DNA of 61,073 bases from Halocafeteria seosinensis (GCA_001687465.1 LVLI01000566.1:1-61073), one strand, 5' to 3'; shown: positions 25,211-38,721, counted from the stretch's first letter. The notes: generated from the sequence alone by a model not told the origin. Made by a program: numbers and translations.

Positions 25211-26664
25211 AGGTGTCTAATGAATGGAAAAAGCGCATCCAGAGAAAGCCCCGAGTTGACTTCAGCGAACAGTCTTTTGATTCAGTACAAAGTACGGTGC
25301 TACCATTTCCGCTGGTTGCTGGGCAACAAATCTTGACTTGAGAAAATACCGGTACTCCATTCATTTCATATCGGAATTTACCGGAATAATTCTCCACATG
25401 TTATCTTTAACTGTCGTTGTAATTCCTAGACACAGTGTAACAACTTCACCTGTTTCATCCCATTTGTTTGAATCATAGTCGAGCGTATACGCCACCACTT
25501 GGTTACATCTAATGTCTTGCATCGGTTAGAGTTTTCGTATATTTATGGGCGCCGGTTAGGGTATCGTGTTTATTGTTTCAGGAACAAGAAGGTACGAGAA
25601 AACGAAGGGCCAGGCTCGAGGAGAACCTGGCAAGGTCCGTAGTTACAACGGGACACTATAGACTAGGTTGCTGGATGAACTCCAGAGCCTGCAGCTGAGA
25701 GTGCCTCTTGATGGTGGGTTGAGGGTCTCATAAATTGCAGGATTGGAGTAATGAACCGTTTGGTGTTTAAAAACCGGCCCACCTTTACTGGTGAGAACCG
25801 TTGGCAACTGAGCTCGCTAAAAACCTCAAGTCATTGGTGTGCTAGGCCTACTGAGGTGCACGATCAATTTTTACCTGCTCAATTGAGGTTGATATCGGCT
25901 CGGCAGTTCCACGCGTTGCTAAGGAATACCTATTACGTTTCAAAATCTCTCGATATTCTGTTTCTGCCGTCTTGTAAGTAAGATGTACGGTGAAACCCGG
26001 TGCGGCTTCTTGCGATACTCTCGTAGATGGAGTGAGTCCCATCTCACTGCTGATGTTATTTCATAACTCTTATTGAACATTTCACATCTCTGTTTTAGGG
26101 GCTTTTCCAGATTGCTCATCATGCGACACACTCCTTGTGATTCTTACGCATCTCCTGACTCTTATGTAGTCTTCCCTGATACCAAAGTAGCCGGTTTGTT
26201 TCATTCCGCTGCATCCACCAGTGTATGGGACTTGCTAAAGTGTGCTGTTGATACAATGGGCCTTTCCAGATGCAACCATTGAGTGGTGCATGATGAATCA
26301 TTGATGTTGTCCCCGTCAACTCATCGCTAGTCCGTTGCTGTGCGTTAATCCAAAGCCCGTGGTGGTTTGCGGATAAATCAATTGGTTTATAGAGCTGCAT
26401 TATTTTCCACCACAAGGGGTGAAGCGCCGCTAGTGGTAGTGTCGCCATCTCTCTCCAATATATGATTGCGCCCTGGGGCAATCTGCGAGCGTGATGACAT
26501 TCTCCTCCCAAAACCCGGGTCCTAATTCAGGGTCGATAGGGGACTTGTATCGAAGTTACGTTGGCAATACATCCCTTTCGTAACTTGGCAATAGGCGCCC
26601 CTTTCCTTCACTTTCCTTGTTCCTCCCGTCTTCCTTCTATCGATCTACCCTAAAGAGCGATGTT

Positions 26665-27475
26665 TTACCCTTTCCTCGGGCCAAAGTAGTCAAACATACT
26701 TTTATTGTTTTGAATAGCATTCTTCTTTTTTGTTGTGCTCGGTTTCTTCTTACTTCCGGACCTTGACGTATCAAGGTTCCAGCTTTCTTTGTTTAGCGAG
26801 GAAACATCAGCAGTCCTGGACCGTAACATGGAGGAGTGTTTTTCGTTTACTGAATTTAGCCCTTCTTGTTGTATGGCAGACTCACTACCACAGGTTAACC
26901 CTTTCCAGATTCTGTCATCACATGCGCTCACCCAAAGCTCTCCTCTTCCGTATATCCGTTTCCGGCTTCCCTCGCGTTGAAATGATTGAACAACTTCACT
27001 AGGAGGGTGAAAATGGCGAGCCTTTGCGACTCCGACCACGCCATGGTCTTTCATCGTTGGCTCTCTCTGCTTCCTACTATCATCCGTAGACTTCGCATTG
27101 TCGCCGCGGTTCTCTTCCTCAGTTGGAACTCTCCCGGATACCATTGTCAGTTTCGGTGCGGGTGAGACACTCGCACTTCTCGAAACGGCATTGCCTTCGG
27201 ACGATTGAGATGGCAAAAATTCGTCACAAAATATCCAATCTGTCTCTTCGTCGGCGTGACGCTTGTGAGCCTGGTTGGTTCTGTCGTTGAGTGCCATATC
27301 TGGCGTAACTTTTGGACCTGTTATTCGTTTGTACCGCACAATTGCAACCTGTGAGTATACTCAGACGCTTGGGATTCAAACATACAGTCCCATGAGTCCG
27401 ATTTATCTGTTCTGCGCGCCAAAACCGAGGGGATTCAAATCCCTCCCAAGAAAATGGATCTACCGTAAGCTTTTC
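26665..27475 (-). CDS. Hypothetical protein (3' exons only) with C-terminal PIP-box-like motif
   Basis: Exons 27386-27475 (EKLTVDPFSWEGF...HGT) and 26665-27348 splice in frame. Ends KKKNAIQNNKSMFDYFGPRKG. 5' exons unresolved. Confidence 0.55.
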
Positions 27476-28441
27476 CTATATACCATTTACCACACACCTG
27501 TGTGGTTGATTATATACTGACAATGCCTGGCAGCCTGCTTTGGTGTGGATCACTCTGCGTGTGGAGCTGGCCCACTGGAGCAGTATACGCGTTTGGACCC
27601 TTGTGAACTTGAGAAGGGTAGACTGAGTGCACCGAGATAATGAACGCAAGAAAACCGTATTGTTGTCGCTGATTGATTCAACGTGGTGGAGCACAGCTTA
27701 GGACCGTACATGACACCCTATTTGGGGTATCTTAGTACTTAGCTGACTTGGAGTTACCGAGGAGCTACACTTCCTCTCGTCAGTTTGGTCCATGATAAAT
27801 AAAGTCCCTGTCCTGACCTATACTCTTATTCCTCCGCATCAATTTTTGATTGCATACCTTTTAAAAATTACTTGATAAATCGAGGTACTTGTATGAATTC
27901 ATACTCGCGCAAACTTCCTGGCTCTCTTAACACCATATAGCGGACGCAGAATCTCCAACAGCCGATCACCTGAAACTCCTTGGATCTGTGCAAACTTTTT
28001 GTCTGCTCAATCTTCCTCTTTTGTGCCAACTTATATTCCAGACATAGCATGGCTAATCCGTCGTGGATCGCTCCATAATTAGTAGGCATAATATTCTCCC
28101 AGTATGCAACAAATAAATGTTTCACTTTGCCGAAGAGACCCGAAGATGCGCGTATTCAGCCCCAGTGCCCTGGTTCTGTTGGCTACTGTGTCCCTGTATG
28201 ACCATATTTTGTCGGTGTAAAGTCAGCTGTGCGAGTCTCCCATCCAGGGAGGAGAAAAAGGCTCGAAGCGGCGAGCTCACGTTCCGTTGATTCCGGCCGA
28301 GAACATACCCGGTTGGTGGCTTCATACAGCTTCTACAGCGCTCATTCAAGATCGTCCAGCCCTTGTATAGATAAAATCACGTCCGTGGCTGTCTGCTACT
28401 GAGAAAGAGAGTGATCGGAAGCTCTCGTGAGCAGTGAGAAC

Positions 28442-30868
28442 ATGGGGGAGACACAGAGACGTAAGTGGGTTTTCTCCTTTATCAGCGTTCCACAAGGCGT
28501 ATATTAGCTCAAACTGTGTATTCGATGGTCATTTTGTTGTTTTCCCTTCTACAGCAGTGTATGACGGTCCACCATGGACGCTACAAGGGTACCATACTGC
28601 GTCGGGTCACTCGGAAAAACTCGGGGAAATTTGGCGAATGGTAGGAGTTGCGCACTCATTCAACTCGGTCTTTATTTGCATACTTGTTTCTCTCTTGCTT
28701 CATTGTGTGCTCGAATGCAGAACCTTAGATCCCCCGAAGGATTCTCTGATACTCTCCGATGGTCTAAAGAAAAGGCCTATGGGATTCCTCGCCGCTACCA
28801 CCTATGGGGCTCGACGGCTGAGGTTAACAATGATCCTGAAAAAACTGGTCCACCGGGTAAAGAAGAGTTCCAACAGCAGCGGAGACCTCGAAGTACTTCT
28901 GTTCCCGAGGAAGGATCGGCGACGCGGAGTCGCAGTGAAGGGAAAGAGCACGAAAATGTACACCGTCGTCGCTCACAGTCTGTGGATCGAAGTACCGGAA
29001 CGAAACGATCGTCGACTGGTCTTCCACGCTTTCGCACGAGAACAAGATCACTTGAAAGACAGGAATGGCGAAAAGAACGGATCACCCAGCTCGCAAAGCG
29101 TACAGTTAGCACCTCATCGCTGAACGAAACCGCAGGAGGTGGCGGTGCACTCTACGAGCGTTGGAAGAAGGCAGAACAGATACAACCACTACCGCGCGAA
29201 AAAATATTTGGAAGGCAGGATCCGGTCACAAATCGCTTTTCGCGCTCGCTTACTACAACTCCCCATAATCTCTTTGAATCCTCACTCCGACCCTCTAGCC
29301 ATGACCTAAAAGGACAATTGCGCCGGGGTCTGTCTCATAAAGTAATGGACGACATATCATACGGAGCAGATCGAGAACTGTTCGGTGACGTAAATGAGTC
29401 GAGATTTGTATGCGATACTCAGAAGGGTCCAACGGATTTGGCTGACTATTCATTGGCGCACCATGCATATGAGGTTGGAAGCCAGCAGACGAACCTGGAA
29501 AGATTCTACTTCGATGGATTTCCAGCCGATCCGCTGCTATTTTACAGACAAAGACAGAAAGAACTTCATGAATTTGAGCGAAGAACAAATCTCCGCCCGT
29601 CCTGGAATCCATCTACTTATATACCTCCTCATAGTCCCGGAACAGAAATGGGAGGTATATCAGCAGGACTAAGTACCCTCACGAGCAAGAAGGTTACTAC
29701 GGAGGAAGGATCGTACGCGGCACAGTTCGCCGCCAAGTCACCGAAGCGTAACCAACCTACTGCAGCCGAAACTGGTGGTGAGCGGGGACAAATAGGAACA
29801 CAGCTATTTCCTCCTCAGCCGCATCTAAACAGTGGTGGTTTCATTAGTCCGGTAAAGTCTAACAGTGCCGTAAGCGCTCACGTTTACCCTGAACAGACCG
29901 GGCTACGGATGGGCGATTTGGAAACCCCAAGGGTTCGGCCACTACGAACTCGGTATGAGCCTCTAGGCCATGAACTTCCTAATGGTACTAGGAACGCCCA
30001 AGTGCGAACCTTTCAGCCTCAATCACACTCCCAGTCTTGTGTGAATAGGGAATTTACGAGTGCAGCGACTGATGAGAGAGGGTATCATGAGTCCCAACCT
30101 GGGTCTGCCGTTAGCTTTGACATCAACAAACACATTACAGCCGCTGGGAAGGAGAGTATATCAAACGGCCGAGCGGCGGAATTCTTACAGAGGAGATGGT
30201 ACCATCAGCAAAACCACTCCCCGAGTAGTCACGAAGCCACGGCATCTACTCGTCCGTCATCTAGCAACAAGGGGACAGATTTACAGGTCTCTACTTCCAT
30301 GGATGCACAGGACTACCGTCATAGTTCCTCGCCCCTTTCTTCTGTGGCTTCAGAACCCGAAGCACCGCGCCATCATCGATTCAAGGAGGTCGATAACCCC
30401 GGAGAAGTTGATGAACATGCTCAACAGCAGCAACAGGGTGAAAACCAGAACACAGTAGGCGGTATGCCGTCAAAGGATGTAATGAAATTTCTGAATCGAA
30501 AACTGCAGAGCTATTCTGCTCCCGCCCAGGGTAAGAAGACCAATCACAGAAATGAGAGGTCGCCAAAATCACGATCGGTTTATCACTACCTAAAGAAATT
30601 TAAGCAAAAAATTGGGGGAAAAGAGCTCGTACGACTCTGCGAGCAATGGTTTTCCGAACAGTGTCCAGAAGTGCCTCTGCAAGAGATCGAAAGACTGCTT
30701 GTCCGTCCCGACCAACTGAATCATATTCTGGAGGGTAAACATAAGAGCAAGCATCTGTTCTCAAACGAGGATATCAAGCAGCTCGCCCACTATTTTGACG
30801 TCACGCAGTCCGGCTACGTGGACGTATACGTGCTGGGGCTAGCCGTCTCCGCTGTTGAACAGCAGTGA
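28442..30868 (+). CDS. Hypothetical low-complexity protein with C-terminal EF-hand-like motif, ~750 aa
   Basis: Exons 28442-28460, 28555-28640, 28721-30868 splice in frame (MGETQRPVYDGPPW...WRM|NLRSPEG). C-terminal LAHYFDVTQSGYVDV resembles an EF-hand loop. Confidence 0.7.
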
Positions 30869-31292
30869 AAGAAACAGGCCGGAAAGTAGTGGCGCTGAAG
30901 TGCTTACATACAGAAATACAGTGTATCGAGTATGTGGACCAACTGCGTAGGAGGTTCAGGTACGTCATAGTCAGTTCGTTAATTCCGCTCCCAGTGGCCT
31001 TCCACGCTGAGATGTGTGCATACGATTGTACAACCACTGCATGTTCACACCCACATTAATATACAGCTCGCATATTGAGGACTACGCAACGTCAACTGAC
31101 ATGCTAGCGTCATTCAAGTTTCACGGGCAGCTCCCGAGGTCGCTTTGCGGAGCTGCCTGAATCCACATACAGAACCATTACTAGCATGAATGATATGGGT
31201 CACCACTAACACGCACATACAACCTGAATCAGTCGTTGCCTTCTTTCTACTTATAAACAGGGAGCTGCAAGCAAGAGACGAAACCGAAGAAG

Positions 31293-31302
31293 AAAAAAAA
31301 AA
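31293..31302 (-). terminator. Pol III oligo(T) terminator of tRNA-Lys
   Basis: A10 run on + (T10 on -) immediately 3' of the tRNA. Confidence 0.75.
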
Positions 31303-31303
31303 G

Positions 31304-31377
31304 CACCTCGCACGGGGCTCGAACCCGTGGCCTTGTGATTAAAAGTCACACGCTCTACCGAACTGAGCTAGCGAGGC
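31304..31377 (-). tRNA. tRNA-Lys (anticodon UUU)
   Basis: GCCTCGC TAGCTCAGTTCGGTAGAGC G TGTGA CTTTTAA TCACA AGGCC ACGGG TTCGAGC CCCGT GCGAGGT G. Full cloverleaf, no intron, no encoded CCA. Confidence 0.97.
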
Positions 31378-31880
31378 GGGCACCTGATATCAGGTACTGA
31401 AANGAAACAAGGCCCTTNTTTACATCTATAATNCTCGGTTCCAACAGTTTTCTCTGTTTGCCGATTTAGCGCTCTGTTTCCATTGAACGCATCTATGGGA
31501 ACATCAACCATAACGCAGAGACAACACAGAGAGGGAGTGGTCTCGACCAGATACACTGTAAGGTAGAATGGAGTCCTTCACAACCGAACAATCATTTCCG
31601 CGCTTCACCACAGAGGGGAATTCCGCCAAGATGCCCCGAATCGTGTTCATGGCTGGTCTAGACGACCGTTTCTCAGTATTGCCCACTACTAGGCTTTTGT
31701 ATCCGTCTACCGGTCCAAGCTAGTGGTGATTGGGCCACGGAATAGAGCGTAAAACGGGGATCCTGCGAGGTCGCACGCCAGACACCGGTAGTCCCAAACC
31801 TCATCTGGAGCCTGTATTACGCCCTCGTACGCTTTGACAGCACCTTGTAGCGGATCGATTCACGCCAAGGACGGAGAGCC

Positions 31881-34339
31881 ATGCGACGTGCTCTGGGAGA
31901 TCCACGACGGTGGGGAATTGCCTCCGGCGACCCTCGACTCCAACGCCTTCCACACGTCATTTCCAGGTCATGCAAGTATCTTGGACTTCCACGTGCATTT
32001 TCTGGGAACCCTCCGCATGTTCGTGATGTGCCTTCCTCGTCGGAATTGCAGCGTGAATCGGTCTCGTGGAAAGATGTGTGGTCGGTCATCCGGGGAGTGG
32101 GCCGTCCTGGAAGGGAGACCAATGCAGAAGTCGATAAGAAAGATAAAGAGTCAGAGAAGAAGTCTTTAGACAAGGAAACGGTGTACAACATGCTCGCTTT
32201 GCTGAAACCCGAACGACGGAACCTAGCGATTGCAGGAACGACAGTACTGGCCACCACCGGTGTTTCACTGGTGCTACCGAAAGCGGTGGGCACGATACTG
32301 GACATTGCCCTACAGAACAGCGCAGGGGATATGAAAAGTTTTGGTATGGTTCTAGCGGCTTGTTTTGGTCTTCAGAGCGTCCTCATTGCGACCCGGGCGA
32401 GTAAGTGCCGCTTCCGATGCCACGAACCACTACATGTTGGTTGGATTACATATTGCAATGTGCTGCAGGTTTACTTAGTATCAGCAGTGAACGATTGGGT
32501 GCACGTCTTCGATCGTCTCTCTTTGACAATTTACTTGTTCAAGAAACTACCTTCTTCGATAAGTCTCGGGTTGGTGATTTAACCAACAGGTTATCAAACG
32601 ATGTGACGGTGGTACAGAAGTCAATCACTTCGAATGTGGTAGCTGGAATGAGATCATTCCTGATTTCCGTTGGGGGGTTATCGATGCTAGGTAAGCTTGT
32701 CTTAATGATGTTGTTTGATGCATTAGTCGCTTCTTCAACTACTTTGATCGGTTTGCAGTGTACCTATCTCCGAAGCTAGCAATGATTTCAATTGTAGCAC
32801 TGCCGATCACAGCCGTGTCCGCTGTATATTTTGGGAAATACATGAAGCGACAACAGCAACGAGTCCAGCAACACTTGGGAGGAGCACTCTCCTTTGGGGA
32901 AGAGGCCATCGCGAACATTCGTGTAGTGAGGCAATTCGCCAATGAAGACATGGAGTCAAACAAGTTTCGGGGGAAATTGAGAGACTCCTTGAAGGAGGCA
33001 ATGCGCGTCGGGGTAGCAGGAGGATTTTTTGATGGCATTGTTCATTTGTGTGCAAATTTATCGATAATAGGAGTGCTGGGTTACGGAGGTACTCTAATTG
33101 CTAATGGTGAACTTAGTCCAGGGTACGTATGCTACGAGAGGGGAACATCGTTTCACTCTAGTACCAAATAGTAGGTAGTAATGCTTGATCTCCCTTTCTT
33201 TATTCGCAGTGACCTTACGTCATTTTTAATGTACTCATTATATGTGGGTTTTAATTTTAGTGCCTTGTCCTCTGTATACTCGGAGCTATTGAGAGGAGCT
33301 GGTGCTGCGGAGCGTGTTTTCGAAATAATCAACCGTCAACCGACACACACGGTGGTTGTACCTCAGGCCACACGTAGATTGGACAAAGTGATCGGCGATA
33401 TCGTCTTTGACAATGTGTCGTTTCGCTATGATGAAACCAATGAGGATACGCTCAACAACCTGAGTTTCCGTGTTTGCCCAGGTGAAATGGTCGGTATCAC
33501 GGGACCCTCAGGAAGTGGGTATGTCAGCTTCTCTGAACCTCATGCCCGTGTTGCTCTGAAATGACGTATCATCCATCCTTTGAGTACAGAAAATCGACCG
33601 TGATTGCATTGTTAACAAAGCTCTACGAGCCCAACAGTGGACATATATACGCGGATGATGCGGACCTCAGCACCTTAGATTCCCGATGGTGGCGATCGAA
33701 CGTCGGTGTGATACAACAGGAGCCACCTCTGTTCAGCGGTGAGTCTAGGCTCCAGCAATTGTACCTCTAGTTGAACTCCTGCACCGATATAGTGGGTCTG
33801 CAGGGTCCATCCTTGAAAACATTAGATATGGAGATCCAACCAAAACAGACGACGAGGTCTTCGAAGCTGCCCGCATTGCACACGCTACAGAGTTCATCGA
33901 GGACCTTCCTTCCAAGTTTGGTTCGGAAGTGGGCGAAAGGGGTGTACGACTTAGTGGTGGCCAGAAACAACGTGAGTGATGATGACAGGTAGTGGCCGAT
34001 TATTGTATAATATGCGTAACATGATATGCTCTTGCAGGTATTGCTATTGCTAGAGCAATTTTGAGAAACCCCCAGATAGTTGTCCTCGACGAAGCATTTT
34101 CCGCGTTAGATGTAGATAGGGAACGGCAAGTTAATGAAGCGCTGAACGCTACTTTCTTTAAGGGCAAAACCGTGTTTTGCATTGCTCACCGTCTATCTAC
34201 ACTGAGAAACTGTGATCGAATTCTTGTTGTACAAAAGGGAGAACTCTCGGAAGAAGGGACATATACTGGACTCTCTGCCGATAGAACTAGCGTCTTTTCC
34301 AAGCTGATGGCCGAACAGTTTACTCACGAGCCGCAATAA
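31881..34339 (+). CDS. ABCB-family half transporter, ABCB10/MDL1-like (probably mitochondrial), ~677 aa
   Basis: Exons 31881-32400, 32469-32690, 32759-33122, 33210-33518, 33590-33738, 33804-33971, 34038-34339. [20 protein letters not shown], Walker [36 protein letters not shown]. Arg-rich N-terminus. Confidence 0.9.
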
Positions 34340-34499
34340 TCATGCTGTAGCAGTTTAGCTTCGTAAGCTTTAAGGAACTAGCAGTAATTATACCAAGTGT
34401 TGTAAAATTTTTACAAGTAAAACACAATAACAGAAAATACTAAAGTTATAGTAACACAATTTTGAGCAAGATGCAAGCCCTTATATTCTACCGTTCGAA

Positions 34500-37400
34500 C
34501 TATTTATCCGGATCGTAGCTCAGGATAGGATTCAACCACTTCTCAGCTTCCTGGAGAGTCCAGCCTTTCCTGTTTGCGTAATCCTGTACTTGGTCCTTTC
34601 CTATCTTACCGACAGCGAAGTAAGTACTCTCTGGATTTGAATAGACCAAGGCTGAAACAGATGATGCTGGAAGCATTGCCAAACCGTCGGTAAGCTCCAA
34701 ACCGGTGGTCTCGGTAATGTTGAGTAGCTTCCATAGGGTTCTTTTCTCAGTGTGATCTGGTTGAGAGGGATAACCGGGTGCTGGCCGAATACCATCATAC
34801 TTCACTTTTAACATATCTTCAGTGCTCAGCGCCTCTTCGGGTGACGTACCCCAAAGTTCCTTCCGCAAATCGGCGTGGACTTTCTCGGCAAATGCTTCGG
34901 CGAATCTATCAGCAAGGCCTTGCAGGAGAATTTTACTGTAATCATCATTGTTCTTCTCGAACTCAGGTATTTTTTCGCTCACCCCGAAGATACCTGTGGC
35001 AAAAGCTCCAATGTAATCCTTGACTCCGCTTTCGGCAGAAGCGATAAAATCTGATTGACACATAAATGGTTCGTCTGTATCCTTTTCTAATTGCTGGCGT
35101 AGACCATAGAAAACAGCAGCCTTAGTTTCCTCCGTTCGCTTGTCATCGTCAAAATAAACTTCCACATCATCTCCTACTCGGTTTGCTGGGAAGATCCCAA
35201 CAACACCACGAGGCTTCAACCACTTTCCTTCGATTATTTGCTGAAGCATCTCTTGTGCATCGTCAAACAGCTTTTTGGCTTCTTCCCCTACAGATTTATC
35301 CTTGAAGATTTCCGGATAACCACGATTGGGGTATTTTCCCCGTAGCTCCCACAGCTGGAAGAATGGATTCCAATCGAAATACTGGGTGAGCCCGGCCAAG
35401 TCCTCGTCCTCAATAACAGTTATTCCCGGATTATTTGGTACTACAGGTTTGTGTTGCTCAAAGTCGATGACTTTCATTTGCTTCCGGGCCTTCTCCAGAG
35501 GAATGCACTTTCTGTCGTCTTGATTTCCGTAGTGGTCTTCCTTGAGTTCTTCGTAAAACTCTCTAATTTCATCGACAAACAATTCTCTGCGAGCAGTTTG
35601 TTCGTCCAGCAAATGCGACACCGTAGTCACACTCTTTGATGCGTCCAGTACATGAATGACAGGATGTTGCTCGTTAAAGTACTGAGGAGCAATCTTAACT
35701 GCCGTGTGCATTTTACTCGTGGTGGCGCCACCAATGAGTAGTGGTTGATGTAAACCAGCTCGCTTAATTTCCTTGGCAGTGTGGACCATTTCATCCAATG
35801 AGGGGGTAATTAGACCTGACAACCCGATAATATCCACTTCGTGCTTCTTTGCCTCCTCAATAATCTTTTCAGCAGGAACCATGACACCCAAATCAATGAC
35901 CTTGTAGCTGTTGCATCCCAGAACGACACCGACAATATTCTTGCCAATATCGTGGACGTCTCCTTTTACCGTTGCCATCAAAACCTTGCCGTTGTACATG
36001 CTGTCGTCATCGGCGCTTTCAGGATCTAGACCCTTAGCCTCCAACATTTTCCGCTTTTCTTCCTCCATAAATGGAATAAGGTACCCTACAGCTTTCTTCA
36101 TTACCCTTGCGCTCTTAATGACTTGAGGGAGAAACATTTTACCTTTTCCGAACAGATCGCCGACCACATTCATACCGTCCATCAGGGGACCTTCGATCAC
36201 CTCTAATGCACGATCGTAGAGAACGCGAGCTTCTTCAGTGTCGTCCTCCACGTAGTCTGGAATTCCCTTGATCAAAGCATGTGTTAGACGCTCCTTCACA
36301 GGCTTCTCTCTCCATGCCGATTGGGCGACAGCTTTTCCCCCTCCTTTCTCTTTCATTTCCTGGAGTTTCTGTCGCTCATTTTCCGCTCTGTCAAGGAGTT
36401 TTTCCGTAGCCTCTGGCTGATTGACGTTGAGAATGACATCCTCACACAACACGCGCAGGTCTTCGGGAATGTCGTCATACACTTCCAGCATGCCTGCATT
36501 GACAATTCCCATATCCATTCCCGCCTTAATTGCATGATACAAAAAGACACTGTGCATCGCTTCTCTAATCACATTGACTCCTCGGAAGCCAAATGACAAA
36601 TTGGATACGCCTCCAGAGATGTGAACATCTGGCATCGATGCCTTGATTCTCCGAGCAGCGTTGATGAAATCCTTCGCATATGCATTATGCTCTTCCATTC
36701 CAGTAGCAACGGTCAGGATGTTTGGATCAAAAATAATTTCTTCCGGAGGGAAGTCTACCTTCTCTCGGAGGATGCGATAGGAACGCTCGCACATCCGTAC
36801 TTTTGAGTCCTCGGTGTCTGCTTGGCCCTCTTCGTCAAAAGCCATCACCACAACTGCAGCGCCATACTTCTTGATTAGTTTTGCCTTTTTGATGAAGTCT
36901 TCTTCACCGCCCTTCAAACTGATGCTATTGACTATCGACTTCCCTTGTACACACTGTAGTCCTGCCTCAATAATTTCAAATTTGGAACTATCAATCATAA
37001 AGGGGACCTTCGAAACGTCTGGTTCGGTCATCGCAATCCTCAGGAACTGAGTCATGGCCTTGATACCATCCAGCAAACCCTCGTCGACGTTGATGTCGAG
37101 AATCATAGCACCGTCCTCTACTTGCTTGGTGGCAATTTCCATGCATTCCGCATAGTTCCCCTCCAGCAAAAGCCGCTTGAAACGCTTACTTCCAGCAATG
37201 TTACACCTTTCACCTACATTGACGAATGAGAGCACGTCCCTGTCACACTCAAGTTTCTCCAGCCCACTTAAGCGAAGCATCTTCGGTTTAGGAGTCCACG
37301 TGCGCGGTTCACAGTCCGCCAGAGCAGTTGTAATAGCTTTGATATGTCCCGGGGTTGACCCACAGCATCCGCCCCCAAGATTAAGAAATCCTGATTTACC

Positions 37401-38609
37401 AAATTCCTTTATGGCTTCGGCCATTTGCTCCGGAGTGTCATCATATCCACCCATCGCATTCGGCAGTCCAGCATTTGGGTAACTGCAGGTGTGCTTAAAG
37501 AACTAGTCAGATCGCGTGGTATCAGATGCTAGCAAGTAACTCTACATACCAGAACACGTAACTATCGGCATAGTTGGATAAGTTCTGGAGGAATGGGCGC
37601 ATCTGCGCTGCTCCAAGAGCGCAATTTAAACCAATGGCAAAAGGTTCAGCGTGTTTTACTGAAAGATAAAACGCTTCTCCAGTTTGGCCAGATAGGGTTC
37701 GTCCACTCTGGTCCACGATGGTTCCTGAGACGAAGACTGGAATCTTCTTAATTCCTAATTCCTCGAAATACTGCATTAAACTCGGAAAAGTAAAATAAAA
37801 TAAAAAAAAAAGTATGACTACTTTGAATAGACAAATTTCCTAACCATAAAAGTACTTACGGTATCAATAGCGAACAAAGCAGCTTTAGCGTTCAAGGTAT
37901 CGAACACAGTCTCCACAAGCAAGACATCGACCTCTCCTTCATGGAGATATTTGGTTTGTTCTTTGTAGGCGTCAACCAATTCATTGAAAGTGATGTTTCG
38001 AAACCCTGGATCTTCGACATCAGGTGATACACTCCCAGTTTTGTTAGTTGGACCTAGTACTCCTGCCACAAATCTTGGCTGATCAGGGGTCAGTTTCGTG
38101 TACTTGTCAGCCGCCGCTCGAGCCACCTTTGCTCCCCAAATATTCAAGTCTGGAACGGAATCTTCCATTTTGTAGTCAGCTTGAGCAATTCTAGTAGATG
38201 AGAATGTGTTCGTCTCGATGATGTCACATCCTGCTTCCAGGTAGTCTTCGTGAATCTTCTGGATGCGCTCCGGCTGAATTAAATAGGGATACGAAAGAGA
38301 AGACGTCAGTATTAAAGATGCACAAATATTAGTCGACGTATCGTACCTGTGTGATGGAGAGCATGTCATTGTTACCCTGTAGGGCCTTCGTAGGGTGGTC
38401 CTTGAATGCTTCAGCCCGGAACTCTTCTTCAGTGAACTTCTCTCCCTGTGTGCATGACAACAAGTGAAAGACTTCCCATTCCGTACTGCGTGGTTTTGTT
38501 CACTTACCTGAATCATTGTTCCCATAGCCCCATCGAAGGAAAGAATTCTACGCTTAAGAGCATAGTGAAGATATTCGTAGATATCTGTCTCGCCTCGAAC
38601 GAACTTCAT
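34500..38609 (-). CDS. METH: Cobalamin-dependent methionine synthase, copy A (4 introns), 1272 aa
   Basis: Exons 38508-38609, 38347-38445, 37860-38273, 37550-37770, 34500-37482. Motifs [41 protein letters not shown]. Confidence 0.97.
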
Positions 38610-38721
38610 GATTCCAGGACTGAGTTTTAGTACACAAACCGAACAGAAAAGGAAGTAACTCTAAGTAAATCCCTGCAGATGAAATTCATTGAAAGAAAGT
38701 AAAGCATCAATAGTCCAGACA

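Noticed and set aside
28434..29123. Overlapping 229-aa and 764-aa ORFs as a dual-coding locus
   Set aside because: Resolved by splicing: exon 2 uses one frame and exon 3 the other.
30866..30889. TGA readthrough or selenocysteine at the end of the 28442-30868 gene
   Set aside because: Would add only KKQAGK, with no redox motif and no SECIS core recognised downstream.
31403..31433. Three N bases spaced 15 nt apart
   Set aside because: Assembly ambiguity next to the tRNA, not biology.
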